Below are positions 45,329-54,053 of a stretch of DNA of 64,000 bases, piece by piece. Position 1 is the first letter of the stretch. Each line of letters begins with the position of its first letter. The stretch is from Thermoplasmata archaeon (lineage in GTDB: Archaea > Thermoplasmatota > Thermoplasmata > Lutacidiplasmatales > UBA184): contig DAHUXZ010000006.1 in NCBI GenBank assembly GCA_027315455.1, forward strand, positions 8,952 to 72,951, read 5' to 3'. Under the pieces are notes generated by a model. It made no database searches and was not told the origin of the DNA. It was given only the letters and a program-made list of their open reading frames with translations. Position numbers and translations under genes: made by a program.

Positions 45329-47391
45329 GGTGCGGGTCCCCCGACGGCGCGAACGAGCAGCAGGAGCCCGACGAGGGTGACGAAGATGTACGCCAGGTAC
45401 GCGTGGATGCGGCCGGACTGGAGCCGGCTCATCCTACGGGCGAGCCCGAAGATCCCGGACGCGACGGGAGGGAACACCCACGCCCGGATCGGCTCGGCAA
45501 TCTCCACGGTGTACCGTCTCACCCGGGCGAGGACGATCCATGGCGGTCGCAGGGCCGGCGCGCTATCGGAACGCTCTATCGGCCGGTAGAACTCTTCAAA
45601 GATGCGCACCACGGGCTGGGCGTATCCGGTGGCGGTATACTCCATCCTGGGGGTGGGCGCATCGAGACCGCAGTCCCACATCGGTCCTACGACGGTGGCG
45701 GGAGCCCCCCGGATCCGCCAGACGGCCCACGCGACCAGGAGCCCCGCGCCCAGAAGGAGCGCGACAGCTCCGGGGGCAAGCGGGAGAGAGCCCCCGGAGC
45801 CGTTGGGCAGGTTGGACAGCACCGAGAGGGAGACCCCCGAGCCGACGGCGGCTCCCGTCAACTCCCGCAGGGGCCGAGTGGCGAGATCGAGCGCGAGGAC
45901 CGGCGCGACGCCTAGGGCGAGGCAGAACGCGGCGAGGATCCCCATCCCCCCCACCAGGGAGGAGGGAGGCGAACCCGCGAGCTCGGCCTGCTGGGACCGG
46001 GGCCTCGCCAGGAAGGCGATCCCGAACGCCTTGACGAAGCAATAAGCGGCTAGCCCGCTGGTGAGCGCGAGCACCGCGGCCAGGATCGAGAGCGTCATCT
46101 CCGCGGTGACGGAGCCCGTGGAGAATGCGGCGAAGAAGCTCTGGAAGAGGAGCCACTCGCTGACGAAGCCATTGAACGGCGGCAGAGCAGAGATCGCCAT
46201 CGCGCCGACGAAGAAGCCCAGCGCGACGCCCGGCATCCGCCGGATGAGGCCGCCCATCCGCTCGAGGTCGCGCGTCCCGGTCTCCCCGACTGCGGCACCG
46301 GCGCCGAGGAAGAGGAGCGACTTGAACAGTGCGTGGTTCCAGGTGTGCAGGAGCGCCGCCGCGAGAGCGAGTGCTGCGAGAGCCGGGTAGCCGAGGTTCT
46401 GGAACAGGAGCCCCGCGCCCACGCCGAGGAGGATGATGCCGATGTTCTCGATGGAGTGAAACGCGAGGAGCCGTTTCAGATTGTGTTGGACGATGGCGTA
46501 GAGCACCCCAGCCAGCGCCGAGACCCCGCCTAGGGCGAGGATCGTGTACGCCCACCAGCTGGGCCCCCCTCCTAGCAGGCCGAGGACGACGCGGAGGAGA
46601 CCGAAGATTCCCAGCTTGATCATCACGCCGGACATCAGTGCCGAGACGTTGCTTGGCGCGGCGGGGTGGGCGTCCGGCAGCCAAGAATGGAAGGGTACCA
46701 TGGCGGCCTTCGTGCCGAACCCTACGAGGGCCGCCAGGAACACGGCGTCGCGAACTCCGGGCGGGAGCCCCCCGGCGCCCGCAGCAATCCCCTCCCAGGT
46801 GGTCGACCCGGTCGCCGTCGCCAGCAGCAGGAACGAGACGAGGATCGCCCCCGTGGCCGCGTGGCTCATCACGAGGTAGACGAGGCCCGCCTCGCGGCTC
46901 TCCGCGTCCTCGTGGTCGTGAATGACGAGGAAGTAGGAAACAAGGGTCATCGCCTCCCACGCGACCAGGAAGAGGAAGATGGTCCCCGCGGTGCATACCA
47001 GCACCATCGTCAGGACGAAGAGGCCGCATCCTCCGGCGAGGAACCCACGGCGTTGAGGAACGTACCGCTCGGCGTACCCGACCGAAGCCAGCAATATCGC
47101 GGATCCGCTGACGGATACGACCAAGAGGAAGAACGCCGAGAGCGGATCCTCCTGAATCCCCAGGGCGAGCACCGGCGATGCCGGCACCGTCCCCGGCAAC
47201 CCTAGGGACGACGCGGGCAGCGTCCCTCCGAGCAGGACCAGGACCGATTGGACCGTGGTGATGGCGCAGGACAAGGCGCCCAGCAGGAACGACGCTCGGA
47301 CCTCCACCGGCCGACGGCTGGCGAACCCCAGCACGGTCGCGGCTGAGAGTCCGGCGAGAGAGACGAGCAGGAGCAGTTCGCGAAGATTCAT
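45325..47391 (-). CDS. NuoL/HyfB-HycC-like antiporter subunit
   Basis: 688-aa Mrp-antiporter-like subunit with GFGTKAAMVPFHSWLPDAH motif. Confidence 0.8.
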   Translation of the reverse strand: MNLRELLLLVSLAGLSAATVLGFASRRPVEVRASFLLGALSCAITTVQSVLVLLGGTLPASSLGLPGTVPASPVLALGIQEDPLSAFFLLVVSVSGSAILLASVGYAERYVPQRRGFLAGGCGLFVLTMVLVCTAGTIFLFLVAWEAMTLVSYFLVIHDHEDAESREAGLVYLVMSHAATGAILVSFLLLATATGSTTWEGIAAGAGGLPPGVRDAVFLAALVGFGTKAAMVPFHSWLPDAHPAAPSNVSALMSGVMIKLGIFGLLRVVLGLLGGGPSWWAYTILALGGVSALAGVLYAIVQHNLKRLLAFHSIENIGIILLGVGAGLLFQNLGYPALAALALAAALLHTWNHALFKSLLFLGAGAAVGETGTRDLERMGGLIRRMPGVALGFFVGAMAISALPPFNGFVSEWLLFQSFFAAFSTGSVTAEMTLSILAAVLALTSGLAAYCFVKAFGIAFLARPRSQQAELAGSPPSSLVGGMGILAAFCLALGVAPVLALDLATRPLRELTGAAVGSGVSLSVLSNLPNGSGGSLPLAPGAVALLLGAGLLVAWAVWRIRGAPATVVGPMWDCGLDAPTPRMEYTATGYAQPVVRIFEEFYRPIERSDSAPALRPPWIVLARVRRYTVEIAEPIRAWVFPPVASGIFGLARRMSRLQSGRIHAYLAYIFVTLVGLLLLVRAVGGPAP

Positions 47392-47575
47392 GGACCGGGG
47401 GTTCGCGCGGTCCCGTCAGGGAACGACCGACGGGGGGTCCGCGCCGGCGCAGTGCAACGGGACCATACGATGATGGAGGAGCCGGGCCAGGTCATCCCGA
47501 GGCGGTTGGGATAGTCTAAGACGGTCTGGACCGACTCCGATACGGTAATTACCCCTCCGGCGCCCTGTCTCACGC

Positions 47576-48712
47576 ATGGGCCCCACTCCGGAAGTCGAGC
47601 CGGCGTCGTCCTCCCCGCGGCGGCGTAGCCCGGCCGAGTTCCGCCGGCCCGGGGGGCCCTCCCGGCCGCCTCCGAGGCAGACCCCGAGGCATCTTCACCG
47701 ATCCGGGCCTCATACTCTCGCGGTCAGCCTCCCGAAATCTTGGATCGATGGGCACTCTCTCACCCGGGGGTCCGTGGTCTGGCTCCACTCGAGGGACGAC
47801 GGAAGACTGGTAGTCGCCCCGGCTAGCCCCGAGGGGGCGGGGCCGGCCGGGGATCGGGTGTTGACGATCGGTTCAAACCACTTTGGCGACCCCCAGGTCC
47901 TCGCTCGGACGGTCTTCGGCGGGTATGTGGTCGGGTATGACCGGATCGAACTCATCGACGCCGATGGATTCGACCGGGACCGGCGACAGGAGCTGGAGCG
48001 CACGGCCCACGCCTTTGTGGGGCTGCAGGTGGTGTTCCACGACACCCATCGTGTGACTTTGCAGAGCTTCCTGGACGCCCGTCGGCACACTGTCCCGAAG
48101 GTCTTGACCCGGGCGGGTCTGGTAGTGGAGGAGATGGCCCAGCTCCTCGCGGCGGCGGTCCGGGGTTCGTCCAAGGTGCCGATCAAGGAACTCGCGGCGA
48201 TGGAAGCGGAGTCCGACCGGCTGTATGCCCTGGCGCTGCGACAGCTCATGCTCGCGCAGGGCGACCCCGCGCTGGCTCGCCTATTGGATGTGCGAGAGCC
48301 TCGAGACCTTCTCGGGGGTCGGATCGTCGGCAAGATCTACGAAGAGATCGCGGACCTTCTCTGCAGAGCTGCGCCGGAGCTTCGGGCCGGCCTGGAAGGG
48401 CGGGAGCTGCCGGGTGCACTCCGGGCGGACCTGGTGGGCCATGTGGAGGCGCTCCGGACGATGGTGCAAGACTCCTCCCGCGCCCTCCTGAAAGAGGACA
48501 GCAATCTCGCCCACCGGGTTCTGCGCCATCGGGAGGACGGCCTCGAGGCGCTGCACCGAACCGAGCATCTCTTGGCGCGGGCCCGACTCCCCCGACGGCA
48601 AACCGCGTCGCTGGCAATCTTCGCGTGGGGGCTTGGGACCTCCCGTCGACTCTGCGGGACCATTGCCGAGGTCGCGCTCAACGAATCGATCCAATCGACG
48701 GCCACCGGGTAG
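47576..48712 (+). CDS. PhoU-family regulator with N-terminal AbrB/SpoVT-like domain
   Basis: TLAVSLPKSWIDGHSLTRGSVVWL swapped-hairpin domain followed by two PhoU-like repeats. ~45-aa Arg/Pro-rich N-terminal extension of doubtful reality. Confidence 0.65.
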   Translation: MGPTPEVEPASSSPRRRSPAEFRRPGGPSRPPPRQTPRHLHRSGPHTLAVSLPKSWIDGHSLTRGSVVWLHSRDDGRLVVAPASPEGAGPAGDRVLTIGSNHFGDPQVLARTVFGGYVVGYDRIELIDADGFDRDRRQELERTAHAFVGLQVVFHDTHRVTLQSFLDARRHTVPKVLTRAGLVVEEMAQLLAAAVRGSSKVPIKELAAMEAESDRLYALALRQLMLAQGDPALARLLDVREPRDLLGGRIVGKIYEEIADLLCRAAPELRAGLEGRELPGALRADLVGHVEALRTMVQDSSRALLKEDSNLAHRVLRHREDGLEALHRTEHLLARARLPRRQTASLAIFAWGLGTSRRLCGTIAEVALNESIQSTATG

Positions 48713-48902
48713 CACCGCACCCCCCGGGAAGGCCTCGAAAGATCACCGGGATCCGGACGAACTCCGTGATGGGGGCCATAACGCACGCATTCAGCTCGAC
48801 CTTTTCTGAAACGCAGTTGAGTCGCGAGGAATGAGCGGCCGCATGGTCGGATTCCCTGCGGCTTCAGGATTCTAGGGTCGCGGGCCGGGCTGGACATTGA
48901 AT

Positions 48903-50108
48903 CTAGTGGCGCGGCCACGAAAGAAGGTTGACCCTATCGGGGCCTGAGCCAGATCGGCATCTTGGCTCTGCGACGGTGGTCTTTGCGCACGGTGTCGCGG
49001 AACCGCTTCCCTCGCGCCTGTCGTTCTTCGTTCCGATAGCGGACCGCCGAGGCGAGCACTTCGCCCACGGCCTCAGGGGTCGTGTGCGTCTCCCCGGCCA
49101 TCGCCAGCTTCTGCAGATCCCCGGCGTGGCACTCCACCGGGTTCAGGTGACTCGCATGGGTGGGCGTTGAGAACAGCCGTACCTTGTTCGCCTTCGCCCA
49201 CTGACGGATCGCTGCCGTCCAGTGGTTGCTCGCCCCGTCCCAGATCAGGTTCACCCACTGGTCGGTGGGATACTCCGCCCGCACGTCCTTCAGATACTCC
49301 AGCCAGTTCGCCGCGTGCTTCGTTCGGTAGACCCGACCGAACAGCCGCTGGTGGAACACGTTCAGCGTGAGGAAGTAGTAGACCGTCCCGAACTTCCGCT
49401 CATACTCGGCGGGAATGCGCGCCGGGATCTTCTGAGGGAACCATCCCTCGCCTCCGTGGGGGATCAGTTGGATCGGTCCGATCTCATCCGCCGAGAGGAC
49501 CACCGGCGGATTGTGCCGCTTCCGAGTCAGCTGGTCGATCTTCCGCTTCTTCTCCTCGAAGAGGGGGTCTGGGGAGGTCTTCCAGGTGCGGATCGACTGG
49601 TGGGAGACCTCATCCTCGTGGAGGATCACGCGGAGCCACTCCTCGCTGATCGACTCTACGATGCCGCGTTTCACGGCCTGCTCCCGAAGGCGGGAGAGCG
49701 ACCACTGGGCGTAGGGTAGTTCGAGGTCGCGTGGTCGGCTGAGGGCGAGGTCGACCAGCGCCTTGCGCTGGTCGTCGGTGAACTTCGGGGGTCGGCCGGG
49801 CCCCCACTTCGGCTGGAGCATGGCCATCCCATGCTCGTTGAAGGCGCGGATCACCCCACGAATGTAGTCCTCGCTCGCCAGGGCGATGATGGTAATCCGA
49901 GGAGGGGTGTTCCCCTGGTAGCTCGCGAGCACGATCTGGGCGCGCTTGAACTCGATGGCGTTCTGCCCGTGGCGGACGATGTGACGGAGCTTCTGTCCTT
50001 CCTCGAGCGTTAGGTCACGGACCCGCAGGACCATGCCACCGGGATAGCGCAACCCCGGAAAGTACCATCGGTCCAAAGGTCAGGCAACTTTACCGGCCGC
50101 GCCACTAG
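48903..50108 (-). mobile_element. IS630 (Tc1/mariner)-family insertion sequence, ~1.2 kb
   Basis: Terminal inverted repeats CTAGTGGCGCGGCC (48903-48916) and its reverse complement GGCCGCGCCACTAG (50095-50108), with a partial match extending ~15 bp inward. Single DDE transposase inside. GC ~57%. Confidence 0.75.
48934..50076 (-). CDS. IS630-family transposase
   Basis: N-terminal HTH (RVRDLTLEEGQKL, KRAQIVL) and DDE_3 domain (...WDGASNHWTAA...). Non-ATG start in the ORF track; the true start may be the internal Met. Confidence 0.8.
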   Translation of the reverse strand: MDRWYFPGLRYPGGMVLRVRDLTLEEGQKLRHIVRHGQNAIEFKRAQIVLASYQGNTPPRITIIALASEDYIRGVIRAFNEHGMAMLQPKWGPGRPPKFTDDQRKALVDLALSRPRDLELPYAQWSLSRLREQAVKRGIVESISEEWLRVILHEDEVSHQSIRTWKTSPDPLFEEKKRKIDQLTRKRHNPPVVLSADEIGPIQLIPHGGEGWFPQKIPARIPAEYERKFGTVYYFLTLNVFHQRLFGRVYRTKHAANWLEYLKDVRAEYPTDQWVNLIWDGASNHWTAAIRQWAKANKVRLFSTPTHASHLNPVECHAGDLQKLAMAGETHTTPEAVGEVLASAVRYRNEERQARGKRFRDTVRKDHRRRAKMPIWLRPR

Positions 50109-51157
50109 GTCCGGGGAGCGCCGCACTTCGGGCAGACGGTCGCCGTGGTGTCGATGAGCGTCCCGCAGTAGCGGCAGTTGGTCTTGACCGTCTCCTGAAG
50201 GACGATCTGCTGGACCGGCGGCTGCGCCACCTGCCCGAGGCCGAGCGGCGGCGGGGACGGGAAGTTCGCGCGGTCGTAGGCGATCGTGCCCGGCGCCCCG
50301 TGACGGGGCAGCGTCGCGCCCCGTCGCCGGCGTCCCACGGCCCAGATCGCGACCACGACGACCAGGACGAGGACGAGCGCGCCGACGACGATCGTGGCGA
50401 CCTCGGCGACGTCGAGCCCCGCGGGAGGGGGCGGTGGCGGCGCCGCCGCCGGGGTGAGCGGGTAGCTCGTGCTGGTCGCCGCGAGCGTGTCGGTCCAGGT
50501 GAACCCGTCCCCCGTGCCATCGCGGTCGGTCTCGGTGTAGAGGTAGCCCACGATGTAGCCCGAGCCGGGGTCGAAGTACGCCTTCCAGGTGTACGTCGCG
50601 GTGAAGACGCCGTAGACGTCGTTGCGCTGGTAGGTGCCGTTGCCCTCGGCGAAGAGCGTCCGCACGTAGCCGGTGGGGCTCGAGGCCAGCGGGTAGGAGA
50701 CGTTCGTCCCCACCACCACGAGCTCGCTGTTGAGGACGTAGAAGCTCGCGCCGGGCCGGAGCGCGGAATCCATGTAGAACCAGACGTAGGGATCGACGTA
50801 CCCCGTCTGGTTGTCGGTCCCCTGGACGTAGTGGTACGTCGTCGGGGAGAACGTGAACGTCCCCTTAACGGGGACGATCTCGCTCTGGCCCGCGTTGCTG
50901 ACCCAATGGGTCACGCTCTGGTACGTGGTGTTCGCGGACCCGTTCGCGAGGAGGGAGGTGTCGTGGAGGCTGCCGTTGATGAAGGAGTGCTCGGTGTAGC
51001 CGGTGTAGTTGCCGACGCCGCCGTCGAGGACGATCGTCTCGGTGTAGGCCAGCTGGTCGCCGGCGTTTACCGCGCGCGGGAGCGGGCGGGCGACCGCCGC
51101 GGGAAGGAGGGCGAGGAAAAAGATCGCGGCGACGGCCAGCAGGCGTACCGCTCTCAT
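50105..51157 (-). CDS. predicted surface glycoprotein with signal peptide, C-terminal TM anchor and cytoplasmic zinc ribbon
   Basis: MRAVRLLAVAAIFFLALLPAA signal, many N-x-S/T sequons, TM (VATIVVGALVLVLVVVVAIW), then CRYCG...CPKCG. Start ATG overlaps the upstream stop. Confidence 0.5.
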   Translation of the reverse strand: MRAVRLLAVAAIFFLALLPAAVARPLPRAVNAGDQLAYTETIVLDGGVGNYTGYTEHSFINGSLHDTSLLANGSANTTYQSVTHWVSNAGQSEIVPVKGTFTFSPTTYHYVQGTDNQTGYVDPYVWFYMDSALRPGASFYVLNSELVVVGTNVSYPLASSPTGYVRTLFAEGNGTYQRNDVYGVFTATYTWKAYFDPGSGYIVGYLYTETDRDGTGDGFTWTDTLAATSTSYPLTPAAAPPPPPPAGLDVAEVATIVVGALVLVLVVVVAIWAVGRRRRGATLPRHGAPGTIAYDRANFPSPPPLGLGQVAQPPVQQIVLQETVKTNCRYCGTLIDTTATVCPKCGAPRT

Positions 51158-52680
51158 CCGGTGAACCCTCCGAACGCGTGGACGTGGCCCGGATGCGCGC
51201 CGGAGAACGCGCCATACGTGGAGAAGTAGTGCCCGTGGGCGACGAGGAGCGGGACCAGATACAGCCGGGGGCCGGGGGAGGGCGTCGGCGGGCCGGCCCC
51301 CGCCGGTCGGGCCGCGGCGGTGGCATCGTGCTCGTTGACGGAGGCGACCCGGATGCCGTGGAGGAGGCGGACGGCCAGGCAGAGCAGCTCGGGAGGGGGG
51401 ATCGGGCCGGTACGTCGGCCGAGGATGTCGTAGGCCCGCTCGAGGAGGGTGAGGGTCTCGTTCGCCTCGAGGACCGGGATCGCCGCGAGGATCGAGGCCG
51501 CCACGAGGGGATACTGGAGGTAGGTGCCGACCCCCCGCGCGATGATCGCGAGCTTCGTCCCGACCCCGGTGATGGGGAGGTCGGAGACGGTCAGGTACGC
51601 CGCCGAGAGCTCGACGTCCTCGCTCGGCTGATAGCCCCACATTCCGAACTGGGAGCGGGCCGCGACGAACTTCGCCGAGAGGTCGGCGAAGGGCGCGTTG
51701 ACGACCGACAGCAGCCCGGCGGCCTCGTACGAGCGGGTCAGCGCGAGGAAGGCGGGGAGGTTGGCGACGGCGAACGTCCCATCCTGGCGCTGTCCCGCGA
51801 GCAGGGTCGCCGCGACCGCGAGCGAGGATTCGGGGGGGACGCCGGTCGACGCGACGGACCGGTTCAGCTCGGCGAGAAGCGGAACGGTCTCGGAAAGGGG
51901 CCGAGCGAGCGTCGCGAGGATCTCCGCGCTGAGCAGGCGGTTCTCGGTGTTGGGGGTGAATGCCGCGACCTGTTCGTACGCCGAAAGGAACGTCGCCGCG
52001 GCCGTCGCGCCGTCGCTTCCCGACTTCGCGAGGCCGATCCCGACGGCCCACAGGTAGCTGCGGTCCACGCCGGGCAGGCGGGGCAGGAGCTGGCCGAAGA
52101 CGGCGCCGCCCGCGTCGGCGGTGCGTTCGAGCTCGGCGTCGACCCGCTGGCTATCGGCCCAGTAGGCCGAGAACTCCATGGCGGAGACACGGTAGGCCCG
52201 GACCTCGAGGTCGCGCAGCGCCATCGCCCCGAGCCCGGTGAGGGCCACGAACCCCCCGGCCGCCGGGACGAGGTTATCGAGGAGCGCCTTCTGCTGGACG
52301 AGGTCCGCGAACTGCGCTTCCCGGTCGCGCAGCTCGGCCTGCGCCGCCCGGAGCGCGGAGGCGTCGCCCGCGGCCTGGCCCTCCTCGGCGGCCCGTTTCG
52401 CCGCCCCTTCGAAACGAAAGAGGATCGAGTGCGTGTGGCGCTCCTCGGACCGGACCCGGGCCTGGAGCTGGGCGTACTCCGCCCCCTCGCGCTGGATCGT
52501 CTCCTGGGCGGAGCCCATGCCGCCCACGCGCGCCACGAGGGCCGCCCGATCCGCCGGGGAGAGCACCGCCACCAGCCGCGCGGCGGACAATTCCGTCAGG
52601 CCGGCCGGCGCGAGCTCCCCGGAGAGGGTGCGCGATCGCAGCCCGCTGAGGTACTGGAGGACCTCGGTGCAGGTCGTCAC
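51154..52680 (-). CDS. hypothetical alpha-helical/coiled-coil protein
   Basis: 508-aa ORF in operon arrangement (start overlaps the upstream stop) with protein-like composition. N-terminal coiled coil; no recognised motifs. Confidence 0.45.
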   Translation of the reverse strand: MTTCTEVLQYLSGLRSRTLSGELAPAGLTELSAARLVAVLSPADRAALVARVGGMGSAQETIQREGAEYAQLQARVRSEERHTHSILFRFEGAAKRAAEEGQAAGDASALRAAQAELRDREAQFADLVQQKALLDNLVPAAGGFVALTGLGAMALRDLEVRAYRVSAMEFSAYWADSQRVDAELERTADAGGAVFGQLLPRLPGVDRSYLWAVGIGLAKSGSDGATAAATFLSAYEQVAAFTPNTENRLLSAEILATLARPLSETVPLLAELNRSVASTGVPPESSLAVAATLLAGQRQDGTFAVANLPAFLALTRSYEAAGLLSVVNAPFADLSAKFVAARSQFGMWGYQPSEDVELSAAYLTVSDLPITGVGTKLAIIARGVGTYLQYPLVAASILAAIPVLEANETLTLLERAYDILGRRTGPIPPPELLCLAVRLLHGIRVASVNEHDATAAARPAGAGPPTPSPGPRLYLVPLLVAHGHYFSTYGAFSGAHPGHVHAFGGFTG

Positions 52681-52681
52681 G

Positions 52682-53884
52682 CTATCGGTCGACCAACGGG
52701 AAAATCGTATTTAGGGGTTCCTCCGAGAGGCGGTTCCGTATCTCGAGGGCCAGGCCCTCGGGGGTCTCCACCGGACGCGCGAACGGGTCGTCGCGCAGTG
52801 CCTCGCGGAGGACCGTCGCGAAGTGCTCTCGGCGGTCCCCGAGCGCAAGGAAGCGGCGGCGCCGCTCGGACTCGATCTGCTCGAAGGCGAACATGAACTC
52901 GTAGAGGGAACGGTACACCTGGTCCTCGAGCTTCTCCCGGACCTCCCTACGCTCCACGACGACCTCGTCGATCCCTTCGAGGTCGACGAAGTACGCCGCG
53001 CCGTCCGGGGCGAGGACCGCATCCTTGTCGAGCCAGACGTCGTGGAAGTCGAGGCCGCGATACCGGCCGGGCACCGCGTCGGGAGCGAGCGTGCGGGCGA
53101 ACAGGGTCAGCATCGCGACGACGCTCGCCACGAAGCGCAATTCGAAGGCCAGGGCGCGCGCGTTCGAGCCGATCCCGAACCGATCGAAGACCCATCGGAT
53201 GCTGTCGCCGACGGTCTGGCGGCCGTGGAAGTAGATGCGGACGTTCGACGGGACGAGCCGCAGCTCCTGGACGAACGGGCCGCGGTAGCGGCGGTACCAG
53301 TAGATCGACCGCAGGTCCTCCTCGAGCGACGGGGGAAAGCGGGCGATCTTGACCAGCGGGGCGAGCCGGAAGCCGGCGAGGCTGGTGAGGTCGGCCCGCT
53401 CGGAGACCGCGAGCGCCGTTCGGGCGTGCGCGAGCCCCTGCCCGCCGTACGGCGAGCCGCGCAGCCAGAGCTCCCCGGTGATCAGGCGCTCGGGTGCCGA
53501 ACCCGAAGCGGGCCCGAGGCGGTCCCGGACGGCCGGCGGACCGATCAGCGGACGGACCACGTCACGGTCGAGCCGCTCGGCGGCGAACGGGAGCACCTCC
53601 GAGCCGACGCCCTTGATGGAGAGGTAGAACGCCATTCCGTCCAGCGTCGCCGCCGGCTCGGGGAGGATCGCTCCCCGGTTGTCGTCCTCGATGAACTTTA
53701 ACCGGCCCGCGGACGGGCGGTCCATCAACCCCGCGAGGGCGGGGGGAAGGAAGAGCCGGTCGAGGTCCGAAAGGGGGTGTCCCGCGAACTGGCGGTTGGT
53801 GATCGTCTCGGCCGGGTACGCGTCCAGCCAGAGCGGGGTCCCGGGGAGTCGGTGGTCGACCGGCACTTCGCCCCGCGCGCTCAC
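52682..53884 (-). CDS. hypothetical protein, possibly kinase-like fold
   Basis: 400 aa. FHDVWLDKDAVLAPDGAAYFVDLEGI loosely resembles the catalytic-loop / Mg-binding (IDxE) region of APH/Kdo-kinase-like proteins. Inference only. Confidence 0.45.
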   Translation of the reverse strand: MSARGEVPVDHRLPGTPLWLDAYPAETITNRQFAGHPLSDLDRLFLPPALAGLMDRPSAGRLKFIEDDNRGAILPEPAATLDGMAFYLSIKGVGSEVLPFAAERLDRDVVRPLIGPPAVRDRLGPASGSAPERLITGELWLRGSPYGGQGLAHARTALAVSERADLTSLAGFRLAPLVKIARFPPSLEEDLRSIYWYRRYRGPFVQELRLVPSNVRIYFHGRQTVGDSIRWVFDRFGIGSNARALAFELRFVASVVAMLTLFARTLAPDAVPGRYRGLDFHDVWLDKDAVLAPDGAAYFVDLEGIDEVVVERREVREKLEDQVYRSLYEFMFAFEQIESERRRRFLALGDRREHFATVLREALRDDPFARPVETPEGLALEIRNRLSEEPLNTIFPLVDR

Positions 53885-54053
53885 CCGCCCCCCGCCGCGG
53901 CCCCCGACGCGATCGACGGCCCGTTCGACGCGATACCCGCAGCCCCCGGACTCGCGGGCATCGCACCCTCGGCGGGCCCTCGAGCCGGAGGAGCCCCAAA
54001 AGGGTTCCCCGGCAGGGCCCCGCCGCCGTCAGGTCCCCACGTCGCCCCGTGAG

